From a virus (lineage: Duplodnaviria > Caudoviricetes): DNA of 47,344 bases. Position numbers and translations under genes: made by a program. Each line of letters opens with the position of its first letter. Within the stretch, counting starts at the first letter, position 1. The notes below the pieces were generated by a model that ran no database searches, was not told the origin of the DNA, and saw only the letters and a program-made list of their open reading frames with translations. Where the stretch lies: IMG/VR virus record IMGVR_UViG_3300037589_000201, positions 1 to 47,344 of that record, one strand, 5' to 3'. Positions 36,653-44,879 of this stretch are shown one piece after another.

Positions 36653-37150
36653 ATGACACACATCAACACCATCAACTCCCAGCCCAACGCCTATGCTGGC
36701 GGGGTATGCGGCCACTCGACACCGGCAAGGTGGAATGACTGGGCGATCTTCTGCGTGGGGAACGATCCGTATCGAGAAGCGGGGTTCACAACGTGGGCGA
36801 ACGGATGCGGCCTCAAGTTCAAATCGCTGATTGGCAGCTACAAGGGGCAACAGGAGCGGAGCTTCTTGGTCTCGATGGCCGACTACGAGCGGTGCATCAA
36901 GAACTCTGGATGGATCAAGCAGGAAGAGAGCGTCTTGCTCCTGAGGCCGCGCCGCAAGGACGATGGCACCTTGCTCAAGTGCTACGATGCACCCATCGAC
37001 GCCTACCTTGTCTACGAGGGGGACCGCTCCGAGTGGATCGGCCTTTGGCAGGAGACCCATGAGGCCAACGCGAAGGCGGGCGAGGGGTGGACATACGATC
37101 CCCAGTTCGGGACTTGGTTCAACGTCTACCAGCCCCGCGCCGTGAACTAA
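36653..37150 (+). CDS. Early hypothetical protein
   Basis: AAGGAG RBS; GSYKGQQERSF, QEESVL, GWTYDP motifs. Confidence 0.8.
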   Translation: MTHINTINSQPNAYAGGVCGHSTPARWNDWAIFCVGNDPYREAGFTTWANGCGLKFKSLIGSYKGQQERSFLVSMADYERCIKNSGWIKQEESVLLLRPRRKDDGTLLKCYDAPIDAYLVYEGDRSEWIGLWQETHEANAKAGEGWTYDPQFGTWFNVYQPRAVN

Positions 37151-37168
37151 CCCTACCACACGACACAC
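37150..37168 (+). promoter_or_regulatory. Dispersed 19-bp motif copy
   Basis: ACCCTACCACACGACACAC between a stop codon and AAGGAGG. Confidence 0.8.
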
Positions 37169-37184
37169 AAAGGAGGCCCACGCT

Positions 37185-38087
37185 ATGGCCTATAGTCACG
37201 ACATCGTGGCCCACAACTGGGCACATCAGACCGGCAAGAAGTGTCGGGGGTTCAACATGTTCTACGAAGGGGAGACCATCTACTCCTATGGGTACCACTT
37301 CCCCATCGCGAGGTTCTTCACGGCACCGAACGGGGAGCGCGTGGTGCTGGTCAACTCGGACCGATACTCGGTGAGCACCTCCAAGCACCAGACCATCGTG
37401 CGGAGAGCTTTAGGCTACGAGCGGGACGATTTGGTCTACGTGCCGATGCTCGGGCGAGGCAACTATCGGGACTGGATCACAAAGTTCGACAAGGACATCG
37501 AGACCATTGCTGGCCGATGGAAGCGGGCCAGGACCAACAAGGACATCTTTGCGGCTGCGATGCGCAACAATGTCGAGACCATCAACCGCATCATAGACCT
37601 GTGGCAGCTTGATGAGCCACACCGGGCAGTCCCTGAGGACATCAATGCATGGGTCGATGAGGCCCTGAAGAGACACGCGGAGGAGGCCGCAGCTAAGGAC
37701 AAGGCCGACCGGGAGAAGATCAAGAAGTGGCTTAATGGGGAGGACGTTACTCCGCCCCATACGCGGACACCCTATGTGCGGGTGATGCCGTCAGCACGGG
37801 TGGCCGAATACGAGGTGCAGACCTCATGGGGCGTCAAGGTCCCTCTGGCCGATGCCATGAAGCTCTACCGGATGGCTGGCCTTGTGCGGATCATCGGGAA
37901 GACTTGGAGACCCTCCAAGCGGCACCAGATCGGCGGATGGCCGGTTGACCACATCGCAGCCGATGGGACACTCAAGGCCGGGTGCCATGTGATCCCCTTC
38001 AAGGTCCAGCAAGAGGCGGCGCGGCTGGCCGGACTGGATGCTACCACATTCCACATCAACCATACGAACCAGATGGAGGCCGCGTGA
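37185..38087 (+). CDS. Early hypothetical phage protein
   Basis: AAGGAGG RBS; IYSYGYHFPIA, YSVSTSKHQ, AGCHVI. Confidence 0.85.
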   Translation: MAYSHDIVAHNWAHQTGKKCRGFNMFYEGETIYSYGYHFPIARFFTAPNGERVVLVNSDRYSVSTSKHQTIVRRALGYERDDLVYVPMLGRGNYRDWITKFDKDIETIAGRWKRARTNKDIFAAAMRNNVETINRIIDLWQLDEPHRAVPEDINAWVDEALKRHAEEAAAKDKADREKIKKWLNGEDVTPPHTRTPYVRVMPSARVAEYEVQTSWGVKVPLADAMKLYRMAGLVRIIGKTWRPSKRHQIGGWPVDHIAADGTLKAGCHVIPFKVQQEAARLAGLDATTFHINHTNQMEAA

Positions 38088-38386
38088 TGGCTGAAGATGA
38101 CACGCTACTGGTACGGCTGAACAGGCTGGCCTTTGAGCAGCAGCGCATGGGTAACATCGACGGCTTCTCGACAGCAGGGCCGGACACCACAGGCTTCACC
38201 GTGTCAATCTGGGAGAGCCGTGGTGGGGAGCACAGCCTGACGGAGATACGTGCGGACAGCGAGGACGAGGCCGTCAAGCTGGCTGGTCTGGCCATGAGGC
38301 TCAATCCGAATGTCAACGTGTCGGTGATGCGGCGGGAGGTTATTACCATCCGGCCCACACCTAAGGGCACGGAGGGCTTGGGATGA
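38087..38386 (+). CDS. Early hypothetical protein
   Basis: GGAGG RBS, TGATG coupling. Confidence 0.7.
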   Translation: MAEDDTLLVRLNRLAFEQQRMGNIDGFSTAGPDTTGFTVSIWESRGGEHSLTEIRADSEDEAVKLAGLAMRLNPNVNVSVMRREVITIRPTPKGTEGLG

Positions 38387-38565
38387 GACCAGCACCCACC
38401 ACCCAAGCCGGTCAAGGCGACCATATCACCACCATCGAAGGCTTCCACAAGTCAGCCGATGAGGCCGCAATGAGGGCCTACAGGCACCGGAAGGCCAGCG
38501 ATTGGTCGATCCTCGGGATCACGGTCCTTGTGACGGTCATCGTGGCTGTCATTGCGTTGGCGTGA
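38383..38565 (+). CDS. Small protein with C-terminal TM helix
   Basis: GGAGG RBS; hydrophobic tail. Confidence 0.65.
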   Translation: MRPAPTTQAGQGDHITTIEGFHKSADEAAMRAYRHRKASDWSILGITVLVTVIVAVIALA

Positions 38566-38569
38566 ATGG

Positions 38570-38588
38570 ACCCTACCACAAGGCACAC
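38570..38588 (+). promoter_or_regulatory. Dispersed 19-bp motif copy
   Basis: ACCCTACCACAAGGCACAC, intergenic. Confidence 0.8.
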
Positions 38589-38615
38589 TAACACGAGCCA
38601 GAAGGAGATACGAAG

Positions 38616-38918
38616 ATGTCCACCTACGAAAACGGGATTGTCCTGAAGCAGGAACTGTTCAACTGCTGCACGGACTGCAAGGAGCCGGACTGGTCACAGT
38701 TTGATGCCCTTGAGATCGACGGCTGCATTGACGATGGGGAGGGCAATACGACCCCAGGCTATCACCGGGACCTTGCTGAGTTCTTCACGGTCTATGGACA
38801 CCTGAAGGTCGGAGGGGCGGAAGCCTTGGGGGACTTCGATACACTCGATGGTGCCACGGCTGCTGCCGCTGAGATGTCCACCATGTCCGGTGGCCTACCA
38901 GTTAACACGTTCTGCTGA
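38616..38918 (+). CDS. Early hypothetical protein
   Basis: AAGGAG RBS; FFTVYGHLKVGG. Confidence 0.75.
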   Translation: MSTYENGIVLKQELFNCCTDCKEPDWSQFDALEIDGCIDDGEGNTTPGYHRDLAEFFTVYGHLKVGGAEALGDFDTLDGATAAAAEMSTMSGGLPVNTFC

Positions 38919-38928
38919 GGCCCATCGC

Positions 38929-39114
38929 ATGACCCACCAGCACCCACCGGAATACTACGCGGAGGCCGCACAGCTGGCCGAAGCATCACACCTCTGGAAC
39001 ATCGCAGAGGTCAACTGGAGGCTGGCCGCAGAGGCTACCTCACGCACACCCAACGGTGAGACTGCTACAGTCCACCATCTCACACCACACACAAAGGAGA
39101 ATACCCATGTTTGA
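38929..39114 (+). CDS. Small helical protein (ANR-like pattern)
   Basis: YAEAAQLAEASHLWNIAEVNWRLAA; GAGG RBS. Confidence 0.5.
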   Translation: MTHQHPPEYYAEAAQLAEASHLWNIAEVNWRLAAEATSRTPNGETATVHHLTPHTKENTHV

Positions 39115-39424
39115 CAACATCGAAACCGTTGCTGAAGTCCCGACCACAGGCGGCGGGGGGAAGGCGGGGGAGAGCAAGTACGACTTCTCGAAGTTCCCCA
39201 AGCCGGTCATCAACCCTGAGGACCCCTCGAAGAACGAGTACCCAAAGGCCTACGTCGAGGGCATCAAGAACTCGAAGTCCCTCGCATCGGCCAAGAAGAA
39301 GTACATCGAGCGGCTGGTCGAGGCTGGCACCAAGGAGAAGGACCTGCCCGAGTTCACCTTCCGCTCCAAGCGTGACGAGAAGACCGGCGACGTGCTCGGC
39401 TTCGAAGTCTACCGGATCAAGTAG
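39107..39424 (+). CDS. Early Lys-rich protein, possibly DNA-binding
   Basis: AAGGAG RBS; SKYDF...FTFRS...EVYRIK. Confidence 0.75.
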   Translation: MFDNIETVAEVPTTGGGGKAGESKYDFSKFPKPVINPEDPSKNEYPKAYVEGIKNSKSLASAKKKYIERLVEAGTKEKDLPEFTFRSKRDEKTGDVLGFEVYRIK

Positions 39425-39435
39425 GAGACAAGGCC

Positions 39436-39765
39436 ATGATGCCACAGCAGCTTTCACGCCCACAGGCCCCCAAGAAGGGGTCCTTCTGGGCCGACGCGGC
39501 GAGCACGGTGGGATACGTCCCGCTGGACCCTGGGGACCACTCCAAGGGCTACATCGGGTCAGTCCGCAGGCTCGGCAAGCAATACAAGTGGACGGCCTGG
39601 ACCCGCGTGGTGAAGCCGAACACGACGATGAAGGCGGAGCCGGTCTCGGGGTCGGCCACCAACAGCCGCCTGTCACGCAAGCTTTCCCAGGCTCTATGGG
39701 CCTTGCGGAAGAACTTCGATGGGTCGTTCAAGACGGGGGTTGACACCGCAAAGGACGATACCTAA
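39436..39765 (+). CDS. Early hypothetical basic protein
   Basis: AGGAG RBS, 109 aa. Confidence 0.7.
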   Translation: MMPQQLSRPQAPKKGSFWADAASTVGYVPLDPGDHSKGYIGSVRRLGKQYKWTAWTRVVKPNTTMKAEPVSGSATNSRLSRKLSQALWALRKNFDGSFKTGVDTAKDDT

Positions 39766-39783
39766 CTATATCACAAATCACAC
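39740..39783 (+). promoter_or_regulatory. TTGACA -35 element with a motif copy over the expected -10/+1
   Basis: TTGACA at 39740, TAACTA at 17-bp spacing, ACTATATCACAAATCACAC at 39765. Confidence 0.55.
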
Positions 39784-39864
39784 ATTGTGTGGTATGGCGT
39801 AGAGATTACCCTTCGTCTCTGCCCCGTAGTTTCACCCGAAGGGCCAGCACAAAAGGAACGAAAC

Positions 39865-40341
39865 ATGAGCAAGAAGCACATCGCAATTCACAAGCATGGC
39901 GAAGACGGCGGGTTCCACATTGACGCCGAGACCGGCCTGATCACCACCCCCGCTGAAGAGCGTCCGGTGTGGTCCGAAGGCTTCGCTCGGGCGGACATGG
40001 CGGAGTACACACAGTGGTACAAGTCACGCCTCGGCGACAACGCACCGGAGCACCTCACGGCACCCGGCCTCCTCGAAGTCGGCATCCTTCAGTGGGACGG
40101 CGTGGACGCTGAAGGGGATCAGGTCGAGATCGACGCGAATGCGGAGACCCGTACCTCCCTCATGGCAGGCCTCCTCGGCATTTCCACCGATGCAGACGAC
40201 TGGGAGCAGAAGGTCGATGGCCAGGTGGCGGGCGCTCTGGTGGACCACGACTACTCCACCCACCCCTCCACGGAGGCCTCCCTCGCCGAGGTCGAAGGGA
40301 AGGGCTTCGAGGATGTGGAGAAGAAGGCCGCAGAAGGTTGA
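39865..40341 (+). CDS. Early acidic hypothetical protein
   Basis: AAGGA RBS, ATG 39865. Confidence 0.75.
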   Translation: MSKKHIAIHKHGEDGGFHIDAETGLITTPAEERPVWSEGFARADMAEYTQWYKSRLGDNAPEHLTAPGLLEVGILQWDGVDAEGDQVEIDANAETRTSLMAGLLGISTDADDWEQKVDGQVAGALVDHDYSTHPSTEASLAEVEGKGFEDVEKKAAEG

Positions 40342-40420
40342 CCTAGGAAAGATTTCCTATACTCTCAAGGTCCAGGCGGAGTAACTGCCTGGGCCTGCTA
40401 ACCAAGCCAGTGAGTGCATC

Positions 40421-40576
40421 ATGAGGATACTAGGTTGGGAAATCTACTGGGAGAAATGGGACGCTACTAGGCCGCTCTGGGACTACCGGAGCTGGCAGCT
40501 GGCAAAAGAGGTTTTACCAACCGGTGGTTTTCTGGTATGGTGTGGACCTTGGCATCTTGCTATCTGCAAACTGTAG
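40421..40576 (+). CDS. Possible 51-aa Trp-rich peptide
   Basis: MRILGWEIYWEKWD...; weak RBS. Confidence 0.35.
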   Translation: MRILGWEIYWEKWDATRPLWDYRSWQLAKEVLPTGGFLVWCGPWHLAICKL

Positions 40577-40583
40577 CCTATAT
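40556..40583 (+). promoter_or_regulatory. Host sigma70-type promoter for the regulator-integrase pair
   Basis: CTTGCT-N16-CTATAT, close to the rhizobial CTTGAC-N17-CTATAT consensus. Confidence 0.6.
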
Positions 40584-40621
40584 AGGGTGAAGAAGAAGGC
40601 GCAACCCAGGGAGACAAAACA

Positions 40622-40990
40622 ATGGTGAAAGCGCACCTTACCCACCCACTCAAAGGGTACTTCGAGGCCAACCGGACGATCATGGCTGAGAGAGAAGAGA
40701 TACCATCGACAATCATCAACACCTTCCTTGGGGTCGTCATCTGGGGCGAGCATCAGGGAAGTAAGGGGGAGCCGCTCACACTGAAGGAGCTGTCCGAACG
40801 GGTGGGCCTCCCCTACACCACAGTGTCGCGGCACCTGCGATACCTCGGAGACTACGAGCGGACGGGCGTACCGGGCTTGGGCCTGGTCAGGACCGACATC
40901 TACCCGCTCAACCGCCGCCAGAAGGTGGCCACATTGACAGCCAAGGGAAAGGCCCTGGCGTCACGTCTGGAACACGCACTAGGAGGATGA
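40622..40990 (+). CDS. MarR-like winged-helix transcriptional regulator (candidate repressor)
   Basis: LTLKELSERVGLPYTTVSRHLRYL...GLV...NRRQKVATLTAKG; directly upstream of integrase. Confidence 0.88.
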   Translation: MVKAHLTHPLKGYFEANRTIMAEREEIPSTIINTFLGVVIWGEHQGSKGEPLTLKELSERVGLPYTTVSRHLRYLGDYERTGVPGLGLVRTDIYPLNRRQKVATLTAKGKALASRLEHALGG

Positions 40991-40994
40991 CCTC

Positions 40995-42191
40995 TTGCCC
41001 ATACGTCAGCGATCCAACGGCTTCCAGGTGGAGGTCAACGATGCCTCCGCCCTTCCGAAGTTCCGCCGGATACGCACCCAGTGTGAAGGCACCAGGGAAG
41101 ACGCTGTGGCCCTTGAGGCGTCCATACGGGAGTGTCTGAAGACCTACAAGAAGTGGCCCCTCGCAGAAGGGGACCAGCCGGTTCAAGACCCTAGGGCAGG
41201 CCGCAAGGTCGGAACCCTGAGGATAGCCGCGCAGTTGGCACTGGACACCCACTGGGTGGGCATGGCCTACGAGGTTACCACCAAGAAGGTCGTCTGGCCC
41301 ATCGTCCGGTTCTTTGAGGACGTGCGGGGGGTCTACGACATTGACGACATCACATCGGAGGACCTGGATGCTTTCGTGGCCGACTGCCGGTCTCGGGGGA
41401 ACACCTCGTCCACCATCAACAAGAACCTCTCGAACCTCTCGGTGATCAACACCGTGGCCCTGGAGCGGAAGCCCCCACTGACAGCCACGAAGCTGCCCAT
41501 CAAGCGCCAGAGGGTCTCCCCCACGGAGAAGTGGTGGTTGAGGCCTGAGGACATGGAGCGGGCCACCAGGTGGTTGCGTGAGGAGCGGGGGGACCCGATC
41601 TTCGCGGACTTCATCGAGATCATCGTCAAGCAGGGCCTCCGGGTAGAGGAAGCCTTGAGGCTGGAGCCTCGGCACTTCACCGGACTGGACACGGAGGAGC
41701 CGTGGCTGCATGTGCCAGGCACCAAGACCAAACAGTCGGGAGACAGTATCCCCGTCTACCCGTGGGCCGTGGAGGTACTGAGGCGGAGCCTACAGCGGGC
41801 CAAGGTGCAGCGCCTGGAGAGGCTCTACCCCTACACCACCCGTCAAGCGTCAGACCGGTGGAATGAGGTGAGGGCCTTCTTGGGCGTCTCGCACATCAAC
41901 ACTGCCACATTACGCGCTTTGCGCCGGACCTTCGCGTACTATGCAAACACGGTCTACAAGATGCCCACTCGTACCCTCCAGCGGGTGTTGCGGCACAACA
42001 ACATCACCACCACCGAGGGATACCTCCAGCTGCTGGGGACGGACGAGGTGGCACGGTCTAGGGAATACTTCACGGTGGAGGCACCGAGGAGAGGCGGCAA
42101 GTCGGCCTTGGCGGAGACCATCGAGGCTTACCGACAAAGCGGAGCGACACCTGAAGAGGTCGCCAGGTTCGTAAAGGAGATCATGCGATGA
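40995..42191 (+). CDS. int: Tyrosine integrase
   Basis: STIN core-binding motif; GLRVEEAL (R), GTKT (K), RALRRT, VLRH, TTEGY (Y); TTG start after AGGAGG. Confidence 0.93.
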   Translation: MPIRQRSNGFQVEVNDASALPKFRRIRTQCEGTREDAVALEASIRECLKTYKKWPLAEGDQPVQDPRAGRKVGTLRIAAQLALDTHWVGMAYEVTTKKVVWPIVRFFEDVRGVYDIDDITSEDLDAFVADCRSRGNTSSTINKNLSNLSVINTVALERKPPLTATKLPIKRQRVSPTEKWWLRPEDMERATRWLREERGDPIFADFIEIIVKQGLRVEEALRLEPRHFTGLDTEEPWLHVPGTKTKQSGDSIPVYPWAVEVLRRSLQRAKVQRLERLYPYTTRQASDRWNEVRAFLGVSHINTATLRALRRTFAYYANTVYKMPTRTLQRVLRHNNITTTEGYLQLLGTDEVARSREYFTVEAPRRGGKSALAETIEAYRQSGATPEEVARFVKEIMR

Positions 42192-42382
42192 GTGATAAGG
42201 AGGTGTCCAGGTATAGCAGAGAGAGGAACTCCATGCAGCGGAAGCTCTTGGCGCGTATCCACGAGCTTGCCTACCAGAAGGCCTACGTGGAGGCCAGCGC
42301 AGACCCTAAGTGGAAGAGGTACCTGTATGGTATCTGCTACGGAACATCAGCCAGAAGGCTGCTTACAGGCGGAAAGGTTTAG
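42188..42382 (+). CDS. Small basic protein
   Basis: AAGGAG RBS, ATGA overlap with integrase. Confidence 0.65.
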   Translation: MSDKEVSRYSRERNSMQRKLLARIHELAYQKAYVEASADPKWKRYLYGICYGTSARRLLTGGKV

Positions 42383-42384
42383 AG

Positions 42385-42672
42385 ATGAGCACCGAATACA
42401 AGATACACCAATTCTCGGGGAGTGACGCCCTCTACCTGGATGAGCACAGCAGTGTGGCTGATCTTGTGCGACATCAGACCATCAGCGACCGCAGCGAGTT
42501 CACCAACGAGGTGGCCAAGGACCTCACAGCAGACGAGATCGCGAGGATGGCCGTGGAGATGCTCAAGGTGGCATCCTACCTGGACCCCGAAGCAATCACC
42601 CGAACGGCCCAGCACCTCGGGGAGAAGGACGACTGGGGCTACTACGCGGAGACCATCAGGGGACTGCTCTAG
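42385..42672 (+). CDS. Hypothetical protein
   Basis: ATG directly after the upstream stop. Confidence 0.7.
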   Translation: MSTEYKIHQFSGSDALYLDEHSSVADLVRHQTISDRSEFTNEVAKDLTADEIARMAVEMLKVASYLDPEAITRTAQHLGEKDDWGYYAETIRGLL

Positions 42673-42702
42673 TCCTTTTGATCAAACCAGCCGGTTACGG
42701 CG

Positions 42703-42721
42703 ACTATACCACATTCCACAC
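42703..42721 (+). promoter_or_regulatory. Dispersed 19-bp motif copy
   Basis: ACTATACCACATTCCACAC, intergenic. Confidence 0.75.
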
Positions 42722-42741
42722 AATGCCAACCACAAGGAGAC

Positions 42742-43343
<602 letters not shown>

Positions 43344-43344
<1 letters not shown>

Positions 43345-43574
43345 TGAACCAACACGTACTGATTGACACCCTCAAACCCTCGGACATCCGAACGGACCAG
43401 GAGGAGTACGAGGCGCTGATCGACACGCTCGACCGTACCCAAAGCACCTCCAAGACCTGCCGGGTACCGGTCGAGGCCCTGAGGAACATCCTCTTCGACC
43501 ACAGCAAGATGTACGGGAGGCTCTTCCCCCAGATGAGCGGAGCCTTCGCAGCAACCTACAAGGAGACCAAGTGA
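43344..43574 (+). CDS. Hypothetical protein
   Basis: GGAGG RBS, TGATG coupling. Confidence 0.7.
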
Positions 43575-43969
43575 TGAAGAAGATACTGCTGGCCAGTGCA
43601 TTGGCCCTATCGACCCTGCTGGTTGGGTGCAACGATGCGGACATCGCATCCCAGAACCTGTCCACTGCCGCCGACAACTTCCAGATCAACCGCCGTGTGG
43701 TGTTCTACAACGGCATCACCGGGGACTACATCCTGTCCCTTGAGGGTCTGTGCTCTCTGGGGAACTACGACAAGGCCGGACAGCTGACGGTCACATGCAA
43801 GACCGGCCCTGGAGACTACAAGAAGCACTTCCTGGGCCTCTCCGACAACGTGACGTACTTCGCGGAGCAGGTGGAAGGTGCCGCCGTCAGCGCCTACCAC
43901 TACAAGGTGATCTTCAAACCACAGACGATCATCCCCGATGTGGACCTGAAGGTGAAGGTGGGCGGCTGA
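43574..43969 (+). CDS. Phage lipoprotein
   Basis: MKKILLASALALSTLLVG-C lipobox; ADNFQINRRVVFYNGITG, YKKHFLGLSDNVTYF. Confidence 0.88.
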   Translation: MKKILLASALALSTLLVGCNDADIASQNLSTAADNFQINRRVVFYNGITGDYILSLEGLCSLGNYDKAGQLTVTCKTGPGDYKKHFLGLSDNVTYFAEQVEGAAVSAYHYKVIFKPQTIIPDVDLKVKVGG

Positions 43970-44241
43970 TGTTCTCAGGACACCTAAGCCTACTCGGGGC
44001 TATCCTCCAGGCGGCAGCATCGGAGCGAGTTGCAAGGGCATGTGCGCCTATGGGACACACACCAGACCCAGCAGGGGACAAGTTCTTCACGGCCTTGTTC
44101 ACGGCGATACTGATCATCATGCTGGTCTGCGGGACTTACACCCTATACCTCACCGCAGGTCTATGGGTCCTCACGAAGGTCATCGCAGGCATCGGCCTGT
44201 TCGCCACCCTGGTCTGGGTGATCTACGGCCAGCTGGACTGA
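43969..44241 (+). CDS. Small membrane protein
   Basis: TGATG coupling; two TM helices. Confidence 0.7.
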   Translation: MFSGHLSLLGAILQAAASERVARACAPMGHTPDPAGDKFFTALFTAILIIMLVCGTYTLYLTAGLWVLTKVIAGIGLFATLVWVIYGQLD

Positions 44242-44278
44242 CCTTGCGCCAGACAGCGGGTGACACTACCTTGGAGGG

Positions 44279-44404
44279 ATGCGCGAACATATCCAATACT
44301 ACCTCCAAGCGGCCTGGGGCATCATCCTGGGCGTCCTCCAAATACTGGCATTCCTGCTGGTGCTTGTGACGGTCGGACGCCTACTACTGGGGATGCCTCT
44401 GTGA
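44279..44404 (+). CDS. 41-aa membrane peptide (not in ORF track)
   Basis: GGAGG RBS; MREHIQYYLQAAWGIILGVLQILAFLLVLVTVGRLLLGMPL. Confidence 0.55.
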   Translation: MREHIQYYLQAAWGIILGVLQILAFLLVLVTVGRLLLGMPL

Positions 44405-44428
44405 CATTCCCGTGTAATGTGGCACCTT

Positions 44429-44441
44429 TAAGTGCTTGATA
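44429..44441 (-). promoter_or_regulatory. IHF consensus site in the att arm
   Basis: Reverse complement TATCAAGCACTTA matches WATCAANNNNTTR exactly, 30 bp from the att core. Confidence 0.65.
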
Positions 44442-44471
44442 ACGCTACACTCTGACACACCAGGGGGTAGC

Positions 44472-44524
44472 CTCAAAATGCGGTTCCGAAAGGAGTTCCG
44501 GTTCGAGTCCGGAAGGGGGCACCA
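44472..44524 (+). pseudogene. 3' half of tRNA-Leu(CAA): attR-like prophage boundary
   Basis: CTCAAAATGCGGTTCCGAAAGGAGTTCCGGTTCGAGTCCGGAAGGGGGCACCA starts exactly at the anticodon loop; no 5' half upstream. Confidence 0.9.
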
Positions 44525-44570
44525 TCGCCTTTCTTGAGGCGTTGAATTTCAACGCTTCTCCGTTCCATTG

Positions 44571-44611
44571 TGTGTACCGTATCGCCGGTTTGTGTACCGG
44601 TTTGTGTGCCG
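44571..44611 (+). repeat. Direct repeats TGTGT(A/G)CCG, integrase arm-site-like
   Basis: Copies at 44571, 44591 and 44603 just downstream of the tRNA end. Confidence 0.6.
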
Positions 44612-44879
44612 TTGCTGGTGCTGTGGCATAAAGTCTCCGGTGTGGCCACCCGCACGGGGGTAATAGCGTAAGCATCTGATTGTAATTGGGCTTTCACACG
44701 ATTTGCGAAAATAGTCGCATCGGTTGCGCCGCATTCCGGTTCTGCTACCTTTTGACGTGGAAGAATTTGGGCTATGTCAGGTGAAGCGCGTGGAACCCGT
44801 CAGGCTGACGACACGACGCGGCTATTATCGTTGATCTCTGGGAAGAACGCAGGCCACTTGGAACTAGAGGGGTAGCAGT

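Noticed and set aside
35621-39783. Recurrent motif in the early region as a CRISPR array or integron attC series
   Set aside because: Spacing is irregular and gene-sized, copies are degenerate and non-palindromic, and there is no cas gene or attC-like hairpin
44440-44524. Intact tRNA-Leu at the right boundary
   Set aside because: The upstream sequence cannot form the acceptor, D or anticodon stems; only the 3' half is present
44445-44734. Minus-strand ORFs over the att region
   Set aside because: Translations of tRNA antisense and arm repeats; no coding evidence
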